From Patescibacteria group bacterium (GTDB taxonomy: Bacteria; Patescibacteriota; Minisyncoccia; Phycocordibacterales; CSBR16-119): a stretch of DNA of 57,130 nucleotides. The stretch is taken from assembly GCA_030917865.1 (NCBI GenBank), contig JAUPTX010000004.1:1-57130 (forward strand), given 5' to 3'. A program made the position numbers and the translations under genes. Shown one piece after another: positions 30,174 through 39,542 of the stretch. Below the pieces are notes generated by a model, which made no database searches, was not told where the DNA came from, and saw only the letters and a list, made by a program, of their open reading frames with translations. Within the stretch, counting starts at the first letter, position 1. Each line of letters starts with the position of its first letter.

Positions 30174-31847
30174 ATGACTCAATCAGACGCTTTAAAAATT
30201 CTCAAAACTGGAGCGAATGTTTTTCTCACTGGTGCGCCTGGTGCCGGTAAAACCTATGTATTAAATCAATACATCGAATACCTAAAAGAACACGATATAA
30301 ACCCAGCTGTCACCGCTTCGACTGGTGTTGCAGCTACGCATATCGGCGGCGTGACGATACACTCTTGGTCTGGTGTTGGCGTGAAGCAAAACCTCACAGA
30401 CTGGGATGTAGACGCTATAGAGAGTAAAAAATATCTTTGGAGTAGATATGAAAAAACAAAAGTTTTGATAATAGATGAGATATCCATGCTCTCTGCCGAT
30501 ATCTTGAATTCAGTTAACAAAGTTTGCAAAGCCTTTAAAAGAAACGAACTTCCTTTTGGTGGCATGCAGGTTGTTTTGGTTGGCGATTTTTTTCAGTTGC
30601 CGCCGATAGGGGAAAAGGGTCAAGAAGTGAAATTTGCTTTTGAATCGCCGGCTTGGAAAGAATTAAATCCACTCGTTCTGTATTTAACAGAACAACACCG
30701 TCAAGAAGACGACGCTCTTTTGGGTATTTTGGACAGGATCAGAAGGGGCGATGTAGAAGAAGAATTCGAAGAACTTCGAGACAGGCTAGAAGCAGAATTT
30801 GAAGATTTGGTGAGTCACACCAAACTTTACACTCACAATGCAGATGTAGATACGATAAACACTTCGCACTTAGAAAAACTAAAAGGCGACGAATATTATT
30901 TCGAAATGAATTCAAAAGGCAAGGGTAACCACGTGGAGCGCCTGAAAGAAAGTTGCCTTTCTCCAGAAAATCTTTGTCTTAAAAAGGGCGCAGTTGTGAT
31001 GTGTACGAAAAACAATTTCGAAGCAGGGTATGTTAACGGAACTTTGGGTGAAGTCACAGATTTCGACAAAGATACTGGTCACCCGATAATAATCACAAAC
31101 CACGGAAAAGAAATTATTATCGAACCAACTTCTTGGAATATAGAAGACGGTGACAAGATAATCGCCTCTATTTCCCAGATTCCTTTGCGACTCGCTTGGG
31201 CTATCACAGTACATAAAAGCCAAGGCATGTCGCTCGACGCTGCTGAGATAGATCTGGGTAAGGCTTTTGAATACGGTCAAGGGTATGTGGCTCTTTCTCG
31301 TGTGCGAACGCTAGAGGGGTTAAAACTGCTTGGCTTTAACGCACAAGCGCTGATGGTGCATCCGAAGATTTTAGAGATTGATAAAAAATTTCGTGGAAAG
31401 TCAGAACAGATTTTAGAATATTTACAGAAAAAAGAAGACGCTGATTTGCAAAAGTCGGCAGAAAATTTCATAACAAAATGTGGCGGATCGATAGAGAAAA
31501 TAGATGTACAAGCTAAACAAAAAGAACTTGATAAAACGAGCACGTTTGAGAAAACTCGTTTGCTTTTAGTGGATAAAAAATCAATCGATGAAATAGCTAT
31601 TGAAAGAGGTCTGACTAAAGAAACCGTGCTTTCGCATATTGAAAAGCTTTTAATGGAAAACAAGATTTCAAAAGAAGATCTGAGTCATATAAAACCAAAA
31701 GGGAAAAAGTTTAAAGACACGCTCGCGACTTTCCAAAAAATGTATGACAAAACCGGCGAACTAAATCTTTCTCCAGTGAAAAGCAAACTCGGCGCCGATA
31801 CTTCGTATTTTGATATACAGCTCGCAAGGGTGTTTTTGGAGAGGTGA
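30174..31847 (+). CDS. PIF1/RecD-like SF1B helicase with C-terminal HTH
   Basis: LTGAPGAGKT, IIDEISM, GDFFQLPP, PLRLAWAITVHKSQG, GQGYVALSR. Confidence 0.93.
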   Translation: MTQSDALKILKTGANVFLTGAPGAGKTYVLNQYIEYLKEHDINPAVTASTGVAATHIGGVTIHSWSGVGVKQNLTDWDVDAIESKKYLWSRYEKTKVLIIDEISMLSADILNSVNKVCKAFKRNELPFGGMQVVLVGDFFQLPPIGEKGQEVKFAFESPAWKELNPLVLYLTEQHRQEDDALLGILDRIRRGDVEEEFEELRDRLEAEFEDLVSHTKLYTHNADVDTINTSHLEKLKGDEYYFEMNSKGKGNHVERLKESCLSPENLCLKKGAVVMCTKNNFEAGYVNGTLGEVTDFDKDTGHPIIITNHGKEIIIEPTSWNIEDGDKIIASISQIPLRLAWAITVHKSQGMSLDAAEIDLGKAFEYGQGYVALSRVRTLEGLKLLGFNAQALMVHPKILEIDKKFRGKSEQILEYLQKKEDADLQKSAENFITKCGGSIEKIDVQAKQKELDKTSTFEKTRLLLVDKKSIDEIAIERGLTKETVLSHIEKLLMENKISKEDLSHIKPKGKKFKDTLATFQKMYDKTGELNLSPVKSKLGADTSYFDIQLARVFLER

Positions 31848-31876
31848 TTGACAAAACCTATATAATATGATATATT
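31848..31876 (+). promoter_or_regulatory. Sigma70 promoter of unit 6
   Basis: TTGACA-N17-TATATT, starting at the base immediately after the helicase stop codon. Confidence 0.8.
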
Positions 31877-31932
31877 ACAGACCAGGAAACCAAGTACAAA
31901 CCGCCGACGAAAGTTGGCTTAAAACAAGAATA

Positions 31933-32475
31933 ATGGCAACCACTACCACACCAAAAGAGTTGAATCTCGTGGAGAGGTTCATGCAGAATAACCAATTCTG
32001 CAGCGAATCGTACCGGTTCGAAACATTCCTGACCGAGGTACTCATGGCTCAGTTCGACGAATTCGAAAAACTGGAGCGCGAGAAACTTCATAATAGGGAG
32101 ATACCGAAGATCATGCGTGAGATCAAAGGCGACATCGCCAAGGCAAAGATCGAACGTCGGCGTAAGATCACTAAGGAATTCAGCAGTCTTCATATCGCCT
32201 TCCACATCGAAGGTAATCCTGAGAAGTGGCCGATAGCTATATCAAAGGAAACCTTCCCGAGCATGTTCAAGACGCACTACCGTCCCGATCTCACTCACTA
32301 TTTTGACCGTCACGACTGGTTGAAAAATGTTGAAGCTTGGAGGCGAGTCGGTATCTGGCGACAGGTTATTGGAAGGCTCTTGAAGAAAAAGGGTCTCAAG
32401 CTGACTCTGGAGCGAGACTTCACCGGATCAGGTTGGGGAGGGGGTGGAACCTGTGTCTTGGTTATCAGTTGGTGA
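31933..32475 (+). CDS. Orphan protein (unit 6)
   Basis: Probable start MATTTTPKE at 31933, downstream of promoter; GC-rich codons; ends GGGTCVLVISW. Confidence 0.75.
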   Translation: MATTTTPKELNLVERFMQNNQFCSESYRFETFLTEVLMAQFDEFEKLEREKLHNREIPKIMREIKGDIAKAKIERRRKITKEFSSLHIAFHIEGNPEKWPIAISKETFPSMFKTHYRPDLTHYFDRHDWLKNVEAWRRVGIWRQVIGRLLKKKGLKLTLERDFTGSGWGGGGTCVLVISW

Positions 32476-32493
32476 AGGAGTAACTATAAAGCA

Positions 32494-32526
32494 AAGAGCG
32501 CCCCGTAAGGCGCTCTTCTTCTTTTT
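32494..32526. terminator. Terminator of unit 6, convergent with the PaaX-like gene
   Basis: aagagcgcc-ccgtaa-ggcgctctt then T-run. Confidence 0.8.
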
Positions 32527-33050
32527 TACCCCTTAAAAATTTCTAGCAATTTCTCTTCAGAAATTGGGTCGATATATTGCGTGACGAGGATTATCAGTTC
32601 GTCGCCTAGACCCATATCTTTTTTAATATTCATAAACAGGTGCTCGAGCGGGTACGGTGAAAACCAAACAGAATTTTTCAAACATACAAAACCTGCTTTT
32701 TTCAAAATATATCGCAGAGAGTTTCTTTCACTTTTTCTGTCTTCTGGGATGTCTAAAATAACGATCCGCCAAAAGCCGTCCCAGTTTGTTGAAACCAGGC
32801 TAGTCGGGGAAGAGAGTTTGATATTGCGAAGCTTGTTTCGGCCTTCGGGCGTGATCTTGTAAAAAGAAGACCTTTCTGTATCTATTTCCTCCACCAAACC
32901 ACCCTCTGTGAGCCCTTTAAGCGTCCTGGAAACGGCGTATTTGCTGGTTTCGGCACTTTCCACGCCCTCAAACAAAACTTCTTTATTAGAAGCCTTTTTG
33001 CCGTTTAAAAACTCGAGTATTTTTTCTTGGATTTTGTTTACTTTTGCCAT
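32526..33050 (-). CDS. PaaX-like transcriptional regulator (winged HTH + Cas2-like fold)
   Basis: YKITPEGR, WDGFWRIVILDIPEDRKSERNSLRYIL..GFVCLKNSVWFSPYP. Confidence 0.85.
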   Translation of the reverse strand: MAKVNKIQEKILEFLNGKKASNKEVLFEGVESAETSKYAVSRTLKGLTEGGLVEEIDTERSSFYKITPEGRNKLRNIKLSSPTSLVSTNWDGFWRIVILDIPEDRKSERNSLRYILKKAGFVCLKNSVWFSPYPLEHLFMNIKKDMGLGDELIILVTQYIDPISEEKLLEIFKG

Positions 33051-33077
33051 TGACAATATTTTAACAGGCAATATAAT
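33050..33077 (+). promoter_or_regulatory. Consensus sigma70 promoter for grpE-dnaK operon
   Basis: TTGACA-N16-TATAAT overlapping the PaaX-like start codon. Confidence 0.7.
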
Positions 33078-33255
33078 ATTTTACAAGTATTTTGCGAGCG
33101 TAAAAAACTTGTCAAAATAATTTCAAAAATATATAATTAAGGTTGTTAAAAAAGAGAACTTGCCAAGTTAAAGATTTCTGTGAAAACGGGCAAGAAATAT
33201 TTAATTAAAAGCTTAATCAAGGTACTCAAACTAATAATTTGGTATCTCTAATAGG

Positions 33256-33834
33256 ATGATAAAAAGCGACAACAACGAAGAAGATGTAATTTTAGATCCA
33301 AGCGAAGATGCTGATTCTGATGTGGAATTCGAAGAATTCGGAGCGACTGAAAAAGATAAAATAAAAAAACTAAAAGAAGAACTAAAAGAGGTAAAGAAAA
33401 AAGCAGCAGACAATATGGATGGATGGCAAAGAGCGCTAGCTGACTATGCGAATTTGAAAAAAGATTCTGCCGACCAAGTGAAAGAACTCAAAGGTTATGT
33501 TCTCGAAGGTTTCATCGAAGAACTTCTGCCGGTCTTAGACTCGTTTGATATGGCGATGAAGAATAAAGAGACTTGGGAATCTGTAAACGAAAACTGGCGA
33601 AAAGGAATCGAGTATATTTATATCCAGCTGACAGGTGTTTTGTCTAACAACGGTATATCAGCTCTCGGTGAAGTTGGAGAAAATTTTAATCCAGATACGC
33701 ACGTGGCGATGGAGGAAATAGAAACAGATGACGCTGAAAAAGAAGGAAAAATTTCTGAAGTGATCCAAAAAGGATATAAAGGCAAGAGTGTGATACGACC
33801 AGCGAAGGTGAAGATTTATAAGTTTAGTAAATAG
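33256..33834 (+). CDS. grpE: Nucleotide exchange factor GrpE
   Basis: QRALADYAN, LLPVLDSF, FNPDTH, QKGY..VIRPAKV. Confidence 0.95.
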   Translation: MIKSDNNEEDVILDPSEDADSDVEFEEFGATEKDKIKKLKEELKEVKKKAADNMDGWQRALADYANLKKDSADQVKELKGYVLEGFIEELLPVLDSFDMAMKNKETWESVNENWRKGIEYIYIQLTGVLSNNGISALGEVGENFNPDTHVAMEEIETDDAEKEGKISEVIQKGYKGKSVIRPAKVKIYKFSK

Positions 33835-33837
33835 GTT

Positions 33838-34440
33838 ATGGAAGAAATTATTTCTATGCCGCCAGATCAATATAATCAGTTTCTTGTTCAGTATATTGAT
33901 ATTCTCGAAAAGACCAATCAGCAAATGACTTTATTCCAGAACCCTTATATGTTTATTGTTGCAGCTCTAACACTTCTTGTTACATTTATAGCTATCGGTG
34001 CAACTGTTATCTTGTGGAGACAAAGCAGGGAGTATAAAAAAACTTTAAAGTTATCAATTGAAAGTTATGAAAAATCTTTAAATGAAAAAGTAAAAATAGT
34101 TGAAGATGAAACTAAAAAAATGGTTGATAAAATAATTGTTTTAGAAAAGAAAAAAATGAGCGCCGCAACCAAAGAAGGTAAGGTTAGGATTGAAGAGAAG
34201 GTAAAGGAGTTAGAGGCATATAAAGATTTAATTGTCTCTAAAAATGTGTTATCTACAATTAGTATTTTAGATAAACCAAAATCATTGAAAGATTATTATG
34301 AGTTAAGTTCTGTCCCTTTAGAAATTCATAAATCCAATAGTATTTTTGCAAAGTGCGACAGTTGCGGTAAATCAAAAATGGTAGAAATTAAACTATCTGG
34401 AAATTATTGTGAAGAATGTGATGATAAATTATCAATTTAA
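33838..34440 (+). CDS. Hypothetical TM/coiled-coil protein with C-terminal CxxC..CxxC
   Basis: One TM, coiled coil, CDSC..CEEC; inserted between grpE and dnaK. Confidence 0.7.
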   Translation: MEEIISMPPDQYNQFLVQYIDILEKTNQQMTLFQNPYMFIVAALTLLVTFIAIGATVILWRQSREYKKTLKLSIESYEKSLNEKVKIVEDETKKMVDKIIVLEKKKMSAATKEGKVRIEEKVKELEAYKDLIVSKNVLSTISILDKPKSLKDYYELSSVPLEIHKSNSIFAKCDSCGKSKMVEIKLSGNYCEECDDKLSI

Positions 34441-34452
34441 TCTAAAAAATAT

Positions 34453-36357
34453 ATGAGTAAAATAATTGGAATCGATTTAGGAACAACAAACTCGGCTGTG
34501 GCTATCATCGAAGGTGGTCAGCCAAAGATTATTGAAAACGCAGAAGGTATGCGAACAACTCCTTCTATTGTTGCTCTGGCGAAAAACGGAGACACGATGG
34601 TGGGTGTGACAGCAAAGCGTCAGTCAATCACAAATCCAAAAAACACAATTTATCAAATCAAAAGATTTATTGGTCACAACTTTGACGAAGCAGAAGTTCA
34701 GAAAGATGTGAAAGCTATTCCTTTCGAAACTCGAAAATCAGCGAACGGCGGTATCGAAGTAAGGTTTGGTGAAGAATGGAAAAGACCAGAAGAAATCTCT
34801 GCGATGATTTTGCAAAAGATAAAAGCAGACGTAGAAGCACGAATCGGTGCGAAGGTGACAGAAGCTGTTATCACCGTTCCGGCTTATTTCAACGACGCTC
34901 AAAGACAAGCGACAAAAGACGCAGGTAAAATCGCAGGTCTTGAAGTAAAAAGAATCATAAACGAGCCAACAGCAGCAGCTCTGGCTTACGGATTCAACAA
35001 AAAGAAAGACGAGAAAATCGCAGTCTTTGACTTTGGAGGTGGAACATTTGACGTTTCTATCTTGGAAGTTTCTGAAGACACGATAGAAGTGAAGTCAACA
35101 GACGGAGATGCACACTTGGGAGGAAAAGACGTTGATCAAAAAATAATGGATTGGCTCGCAGAAGGTTTCCAAAAAGAAAATGGAATAGATTTGCGAAAAG
35201 ATGCATTAGCGAAGCAAAGACTAGACGACGCAGCAGAAAAAGCAAAGATAGAACTTTCAACTGCAGTTCAAACAGAAATAAATATTCCTTTCGTCACTTC
35301 TGGCGAAGCAGGGCCACTGCACCTTGTGCGAACTATGAAAAGAGCGGAGCTCGAAGAGATCACTAGAGAATTCATCGACCGTGCGATAGAGATCACAAAG
35401 CGCGCAGTAGAAGCTTCACCTTTTAGTGTGAGTGAAATAAATGAAGTTATCTTGGTTGGAGGTCAAACAAGAATGCCTGCGATACAAGAAGCTGTAGAAA
35501 AATTCTTCGGTAAAAAAGCAAACCTTTCTGTAAACCCAGACGAAGTTGTGGCGCTCGGTGCTGCTATTCAAGGTGGGGTTTTGCAAGGAGATGTGAAAGA
35601 CGTTCTACTTCTAGATGTGATCCCGCTATCTTTAGGTATCGAGACTCTAGGAGGTGTGGCGACACATTTAATAAAGAAAAATACAACTATCCCAGCTTCG
35701 CAGTCTCAAGTTTTCTCGACAGCTGCAGATAACCAAACTTCAACAGAGATTCACATAGTTCAAGGTGAGAGACCAATGGCTGCTGACAACAAATCTTTGG
35801 GACGATTTGTGTTGGAAGGAATCCCACCAGCACCACGAGGTGTGCCACAAATAGAAGTGACTTTCGACATCGACGCGAACGGAATCTTGAGCGTAAAAGC
35901 AAAAGACAAAACTTCAGGAAAAGAACAATCTATCAGAATCGAAGCGTCTTCAGGACTTACAGAAGCTGAAATTGAAAAAATGAAAAAAGACGCAGAGGTG
36001 AACGCCGAAGCAGATAAGCAAAAGAAAGATTTGGCTGATATTAAAAACACAGCAGAGATGACTCTTTTCACTGCAGAAAAAGCGATAAAAGATTCTGAAG
36101 GAAAGGTTCCAGAAGATGTTAAAAAATCTGTTGAAGAAAAAGTTGCGAAGCTTAAATCTGTGAAAGAGCTTCCAGAACATGCAGATGGCGGAGTTGCTAT
36201 AAAATCTGCAACAGAAGAACTTGCTACAGAAATGCAAAAGATTCATGAAGCGATGGCGAAGGCTGGACAAAGTGCTGAAAGCGGTGCGCAAGGTGGAGAA
36301 AATAATCCATCTGGTGACGCAGAAGGTCCGATTGATGCGGAGGTGAGTGATAGATAA
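34453..36357 (+). CDS. dnaK: Chaperone DnaK
   Basis: [37 protein letters not shown]. Confidence 0.99.
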   Translation: MSKIIGIDLGTTNSAVAIIEGGQPKIIENAEGMRTTPSIVALAKNGDTMVGVTAKRQSITNPKNTIYQIKRFIGHNFDEAEVQKDVKAIPFETRKSANGGIEVRFGEEWKRPEEISAMILQKIKADVEARIGAKVTEAVITVPAYFNDAQRQATKDAGKIAGLEVKRIINEPTAAALAYGFNKKKDEKIAVFDFGGGTFDVSILEVSEDTIEVKSTDGDAHLGGKDVDQKIMDWLAEGFQKENGIDLRKDALAKQRLDDAAEKAKIELSTAVQTEINIPFVTSGEAGPLHLVRTMKRAELEEITREFIDRAIEITKRAVEASPFSVSEINEVILVGGQTRMPAIQEAVEKFFGKKANLSVNPDEVVALGAAIQGGVLQGDVKDVLLLDVIPLSLGIETLGGVATHLIKKNTTIPASQSQVFSTAADNQTSTEIHIVQGERPMAADNKSLGRFVLEGIPPAPRGVPQIEVTFDIDANGILSVKAKDKTSGKEQSIRIEASSGLTEAEIEKMKKDAEVNAEADKQKKDLADIKNTAEMTLFTAEKAIKDSEGKVPEDVKKSVEEKVAKLKSVKELPEHADGGVAIKSATEELATEMQKIHEAMAKAGQSAESGAQGGENNPSGDAEGPIDAEVSDR

Positions 36358-36360
36358 TTT

Positions 36361-37005
36361 ATGGATAAAGATAAACTGCTTATCACTGGAATGAGTCCAG
36401 GCAATGGATACTTTAAACAAGAAGTTATAGACAAACTTCTTGTTTATTGTTCCGAAAAATATTCTAAAGTAGAAATTTGTATTCCTGATATTCCTGCAAT
36501 TTATACTTATCTTGCGCTTGGATATTCTGAAAATAAGGCTAGAGAAAAAGCCATACGTTTACAGGGAAATAATTATCGCAATAGAATAAATAATGTATTT
36601 ACTACTAGAAACTTAAATCCTGATAATATTAAAATTTGGAATTGGGCTAAAGATGGTGTTGAGGAAAATCCCATTTATAGGGAATGCTTTGATGCTATAA
36701 AAAATCTTTACGATAATAATATTGATTTCAAAAAAGATATAAATATGGCAACTGAAGAAGTCTTGGTTAATAATCAGTTTAAAAAGAAGGAATTATCTAA
36801 AGATGATATTGTTATGGGTGCACACTATATTATCTCTGAGTTTGCCTTTATTCTTTATATTTCAAAAACTATAAAAGATTACAATCATTTTATTTTCGGA
36901 TATCATAGGCCTTGGCCCGTTTGGGAAAAGTTTATTGCTGGGGGATATGATGGCGAGAAAAAAGATAATCTAAGTTTTTTATTGTTACCAAATTTTTCAA
37001 ATTAA
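36361..37005 (+). CDS. tRNA-dependent cyclodipeptide synthase (CDPS, NYH type)
   Basis: GMSPGNGYF (catalytic Ser, Asn), [13 protein letters not shown] (Tyr/Glu), GYHRPW; 214 aa, AlbC-like layout. Confidence 0.85.
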   Translation: MDKDKLLITGMSPGNGYFKQEVIDKLLVYCSEKYSKVEICIPDIPAIYTYLALGYSENKAREKAIRLQGNNYRNRINNVFTTRNLNPDNIKIWNWAKDGVEENPIYRECFDAIKNLYDNNIDFKKDINMATEEVLVNNQFKKKELSKDDIVMGAHYIISEFAFILYISKTIKDYNHFIFGYHRPWPVWEKFIAGGYDGEKKDNLSFLLLPNFSN

Positions 37006-37012
37006 AATTCCA

Positions 37013-37924
37013 ATGAGTAAAGACTATTACAAAACATTAAACGTAGAGAAAAACGCGTCGAAGGACGATATTAAAAAGGCGTTTCGAAAACTCGCTCACG
37101 AATATCATCCAGACAAAAAAACTGGTAACGAAGCTAAGTTCAAAGAAGTGAACGAAGCGTATCAGGTTCTTTCTGACGACACAAAACGCGCTCAGTATGA
37201 CCGTTTCGGAAGTGCTGGGCCGAATTTTGGCGGACAGGGAGGTCAGGACTTTGGTGGTTTTGACTTCTCTGGATTTTCTGGTTTCGGTGGACAGGGTCAG
37301 GACTTTGAATTTGATCTAAACGATATCTTCTCGGCTTTTACCGGTGGAGGTGGAGGTTTTAATCCTTTTGGACAAAGAGTCAGGAAGGGAAGAAATATTA
37401 CTATCACCACAAACGTGACTTTCAAAGAATCTGTTTTAGGATTCACTCATAAATTCAAGCTGCCTTCTGAGAGCGTGATGTATAAGCAAAAGAAAGAAAT
37501 TGAAATTAATTTCCCGCCAGGAATTGAAAACGGACAGACTCTCAAAGTAGAAGGTTACGGAGAAGCTCCAGATGTGCCGTCTGGCAGTGCTGGTAGACCA
37601 GGAGACCTTTTGATAAAAGTTCATGTAGAAAAACACAAAACACTTCGAAAAGATGGATATAACCTGGTGACAGATTTGGATGTGAAGATAACAGACGCGA
37701 TACTCGGCGCGGAATACGAAGTCGATACAGTAGACGGAAAAGTCACTGTAAAAATCCCAAAGGGGATAAAGCACGGGCAAATTTTACGAGTGCGAGGCAA
37801 AGGTGTCCCAGTCGGAACATTTCAAAAAGGAGATTTGCTGATAGTTATAAATGTTAAAACTCCAGAAAAGCTAACAAAAGAGCAAAAGAAGTTGATTGAG
37901 GAACTGCAAAAGAGTGGGTTATAA
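37013..37924 (+). CDS. dnaJ: DnaJ-class chaperone lacking zinc finger
   Basis: J domain with HPD, G/F-rich region, C-terminal domain; no CxxCxGxG repeats. Confidence 0.92.
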   Translation: MSKDYYKTLNVEKNASKDDIKKAFRKLAHEYHPDKKTGNEAKFKEVNEAYQVLSDDTKRAQYDRFGSAGPNFGGQGGQDFGGFDFSGFSGFGGQGQDFEFDLNDIFSAFTGGGGGFNPFGQRVRKGRNITITTNVTFKESVLGFTHKFKLPSESVMYKQKKEIEINFPPGIENGQTLKVEGYGEAPDVPSGSAGRPGDLLIKVHVEKHKTLRKDGYNLVTDLDVKITDAILGAEYEVDTVDGKVTVKIPKGIKHGQILRVRGKGVPVGTFQKGDLLIVINVKTPEKLTKEQKKLIEELQKSGL

Positions 37925-37939
37925 AATATTTAAAAGTAA

Positions 37940-37971
37940 AAGAGCGTCGGGGTCTTAACCCCGACGCTCTT
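37940..37971. terminator. GC-rich bidirectional terminator (unit 7 / dnaJ)
   Basis: aagagcgtcgggg-tcttaa-ccccgacgctctt. Confidence 0.85.
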
Positions 37972-37985
37972 GCGCTGATGTGTTC

Positions 37986-38762
37986 TCACACGAACTCTAT
38001 GTCGCCACCTTTTTCGGGATCTGTCTTCCGCCATATATACAGCCCGCTTACCACAAAAGTGATGGTTATGATGCTGGCGATTGTGACCATGAAGAGCTTC
38101 TTACTCTCTTGGTCTGACCACTCAAACCCGAAGGGAAAAGACAGTAGGCCAAAAAAAATGGCCAGCACTACAATTTGTCCCCAATCATCGTGCGGGTAGT
38201 TGCTCTTGATTTTTGCCACAATGGTGGCAATGAGCCCAGCGCCGTATCCCCACCAGCCTAAATAGTTGGCGGCGATGATAGTTAGAATCATCGCTATTCC
38301 AACTAGAGAAAAAGTGGTTGGTGAATCATGCGGAACTATGGTTGCACAGAAAAGGCTTATGACTAGGCCAATAATAATCAGCCAAAATCTCAAGGGGTGA
38401 CCATAGCTGCTCTCTTGGAGGTGTTCTTTTGCGGTAACTATTTCCTTTCCGGTCATTTCAAATTCGTGGCTCGTTATTCTAGCATCGTTTATTAGAAATG
38501 GGAATTTCCCTAAATTAAATCTTGTCACATTTTCAGTGACCTTCTCTCTCTTCACAGATCCGCCATTCCTCATGATACGTATTTCTTCCCAAGTGAAGAT
38601 CCTTCCTTCGGGTTGTGTGATGGGCATAAGAGTGCTGTTTTCAAACCAGCTATATGTTCCGTCTTGGTTTTGCACTATCACCGACTCAGAGCCGATGAAA
38701 AAAGGTTGCGCAAGTGCCATTTGTGCGATTGCGATCAGGGCGAAGGCTATCAAGGTTCTCAT
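37986..38762 (-). CDS. Orphan protein with signal peptide and multiple C-terminal TMs (unit 7)
   Basis: MRTLIAFALIAIAQMALA|Q; leader aacaaaaaacaaacgaac; GC-richer. Confidence 0.75.
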   Translation of the reverse strand: MRTLIAFALIAIAQMALAQPFFIGSESVIVQNQDGTYSWFENSTLMPITQPEGRIFTWEEIRIMRNGGSVKREKVTENVTRFNLGKFPFLINDARITSHEFEMTGKEIVTAKEHLQESSYGHPLRFWLIIIGLVISLFCATIVPHDSPTTFSLVGIAMILTIIAANYLGWWGYGAGLIATIVAKIKSNYPHDDWGQIVVLAIFFGLLSFPFGFEWSDQESKKLFMVTIASIITITFVVSGLYIWRKTDPEKGGDIEFV

Positions 38763-38812
38763 GTTCGTTTGTTTTTTGTTCAAAGAAAATTTAGCATAAA
38801 TGGTGGATATTT

Positions 38813-38845
38813 AAAAGGTCGGCACGCTCCGCGTGCCGACCTTTT
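38813..38845. terminator. GC-rich hairpin insulating unit 7 from the cysS operon
   Basis: aaaaggtcggcacgc-tcc-gcgtgccgacctttt. Confidence 0.8.
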
Positions 38846-38848
38846 ATT

Positions 38849-39526
38849 TTAAAAATCTTTATAAAAAGTTTTCATTATGAATTCTCGAAGTAAGAATATT
38901 AAGAGAGCGAGAAGTATAAATCCAGAGAATTTTGCCATTATTTCTATAACTTCTCCTGCGACCGTGTATGGTTCAACCAAAGGCGTTATACCTAAAAGAA
39001 TTTGAAACGCCCAGTTTAGGCTCTTCGGTAAATCTGCAAGTGGTAAATTATGAAATTCAAAAATATAAATTAAACCACCAAACAGTACAGTAAAAGTAAA
39101 CAGAGCTTTAAAGTAGAAAAAGAAATCTATTTCTTGTTCTTTTTTTAATCTAGTTTCAATATCATTTGCAACTTGTGAAAATTTGAAAACTCGTAGCATT
39201 CTGAAAAGTCTCGATATTCTTATAACTCTCAAAGATTTTAAGAAAACAAAATTTCCAAAACCTAAAAGTGTCGGGAGTATCGAAAGCAAATCCGCGATAC
39301 CATAAAAGCTAAAAATATATTTTAGTTTGTTTTTTGTTGTGAAAATTCTGACCAAGTATTCTATAACGAATATAACAACAACAGCTATTTCTATTTTGTA
39401 GAAAATATTTGCATATTCTCGGAGGTCAGGAACAGTTTCTGCGGCGATAGTAGTCAAAGAAAAAACAGTCACAAGTGCTAGTAAATCTTCAGCTATCAAT
39501 ATGAGTTTGTTTTTGTTCATAGGCAA
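38849..39526 (-). CDS. Voltage-sensor-type ion transporter with atypical pore
   Basis: FVIEYLVRI, IADLLSILP, S4 LKSLRVIRISRLFRMLRVFK; no TVGYG filter. Confidence 0.8.
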   Translation of the reverse strand: MPMNKNKLILIAEDLLALVTVFSLTTIAAETVPDLREYANIFYKIEIAVVVIFVIEYLVRIFTTKNKLKYIFSFYGIADLLSILPTLLGFGNFVFLKSLRVIRISRLFRMLRVFKFSQVANDIETRLKKEQEIDFFFYFKALFTFTVLFGGLIYIFEFHNLPLADLPKSLNWAFQILLGITPLVEPYTVAGEVIEIMAKFSGFILLALLIFLLREFIMKTFYKDF

Positions 39527-39542
39527 AGTAGTTAATTAATAA

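Noticed and set aside
32526-33050. Cas2-like fold suggesting a CRISPR-Cas locus
   Set aside because: The fold is fused to a winged HTH (PaaX-like); no cas1 and no repeat-spacer array anywhere in the window.
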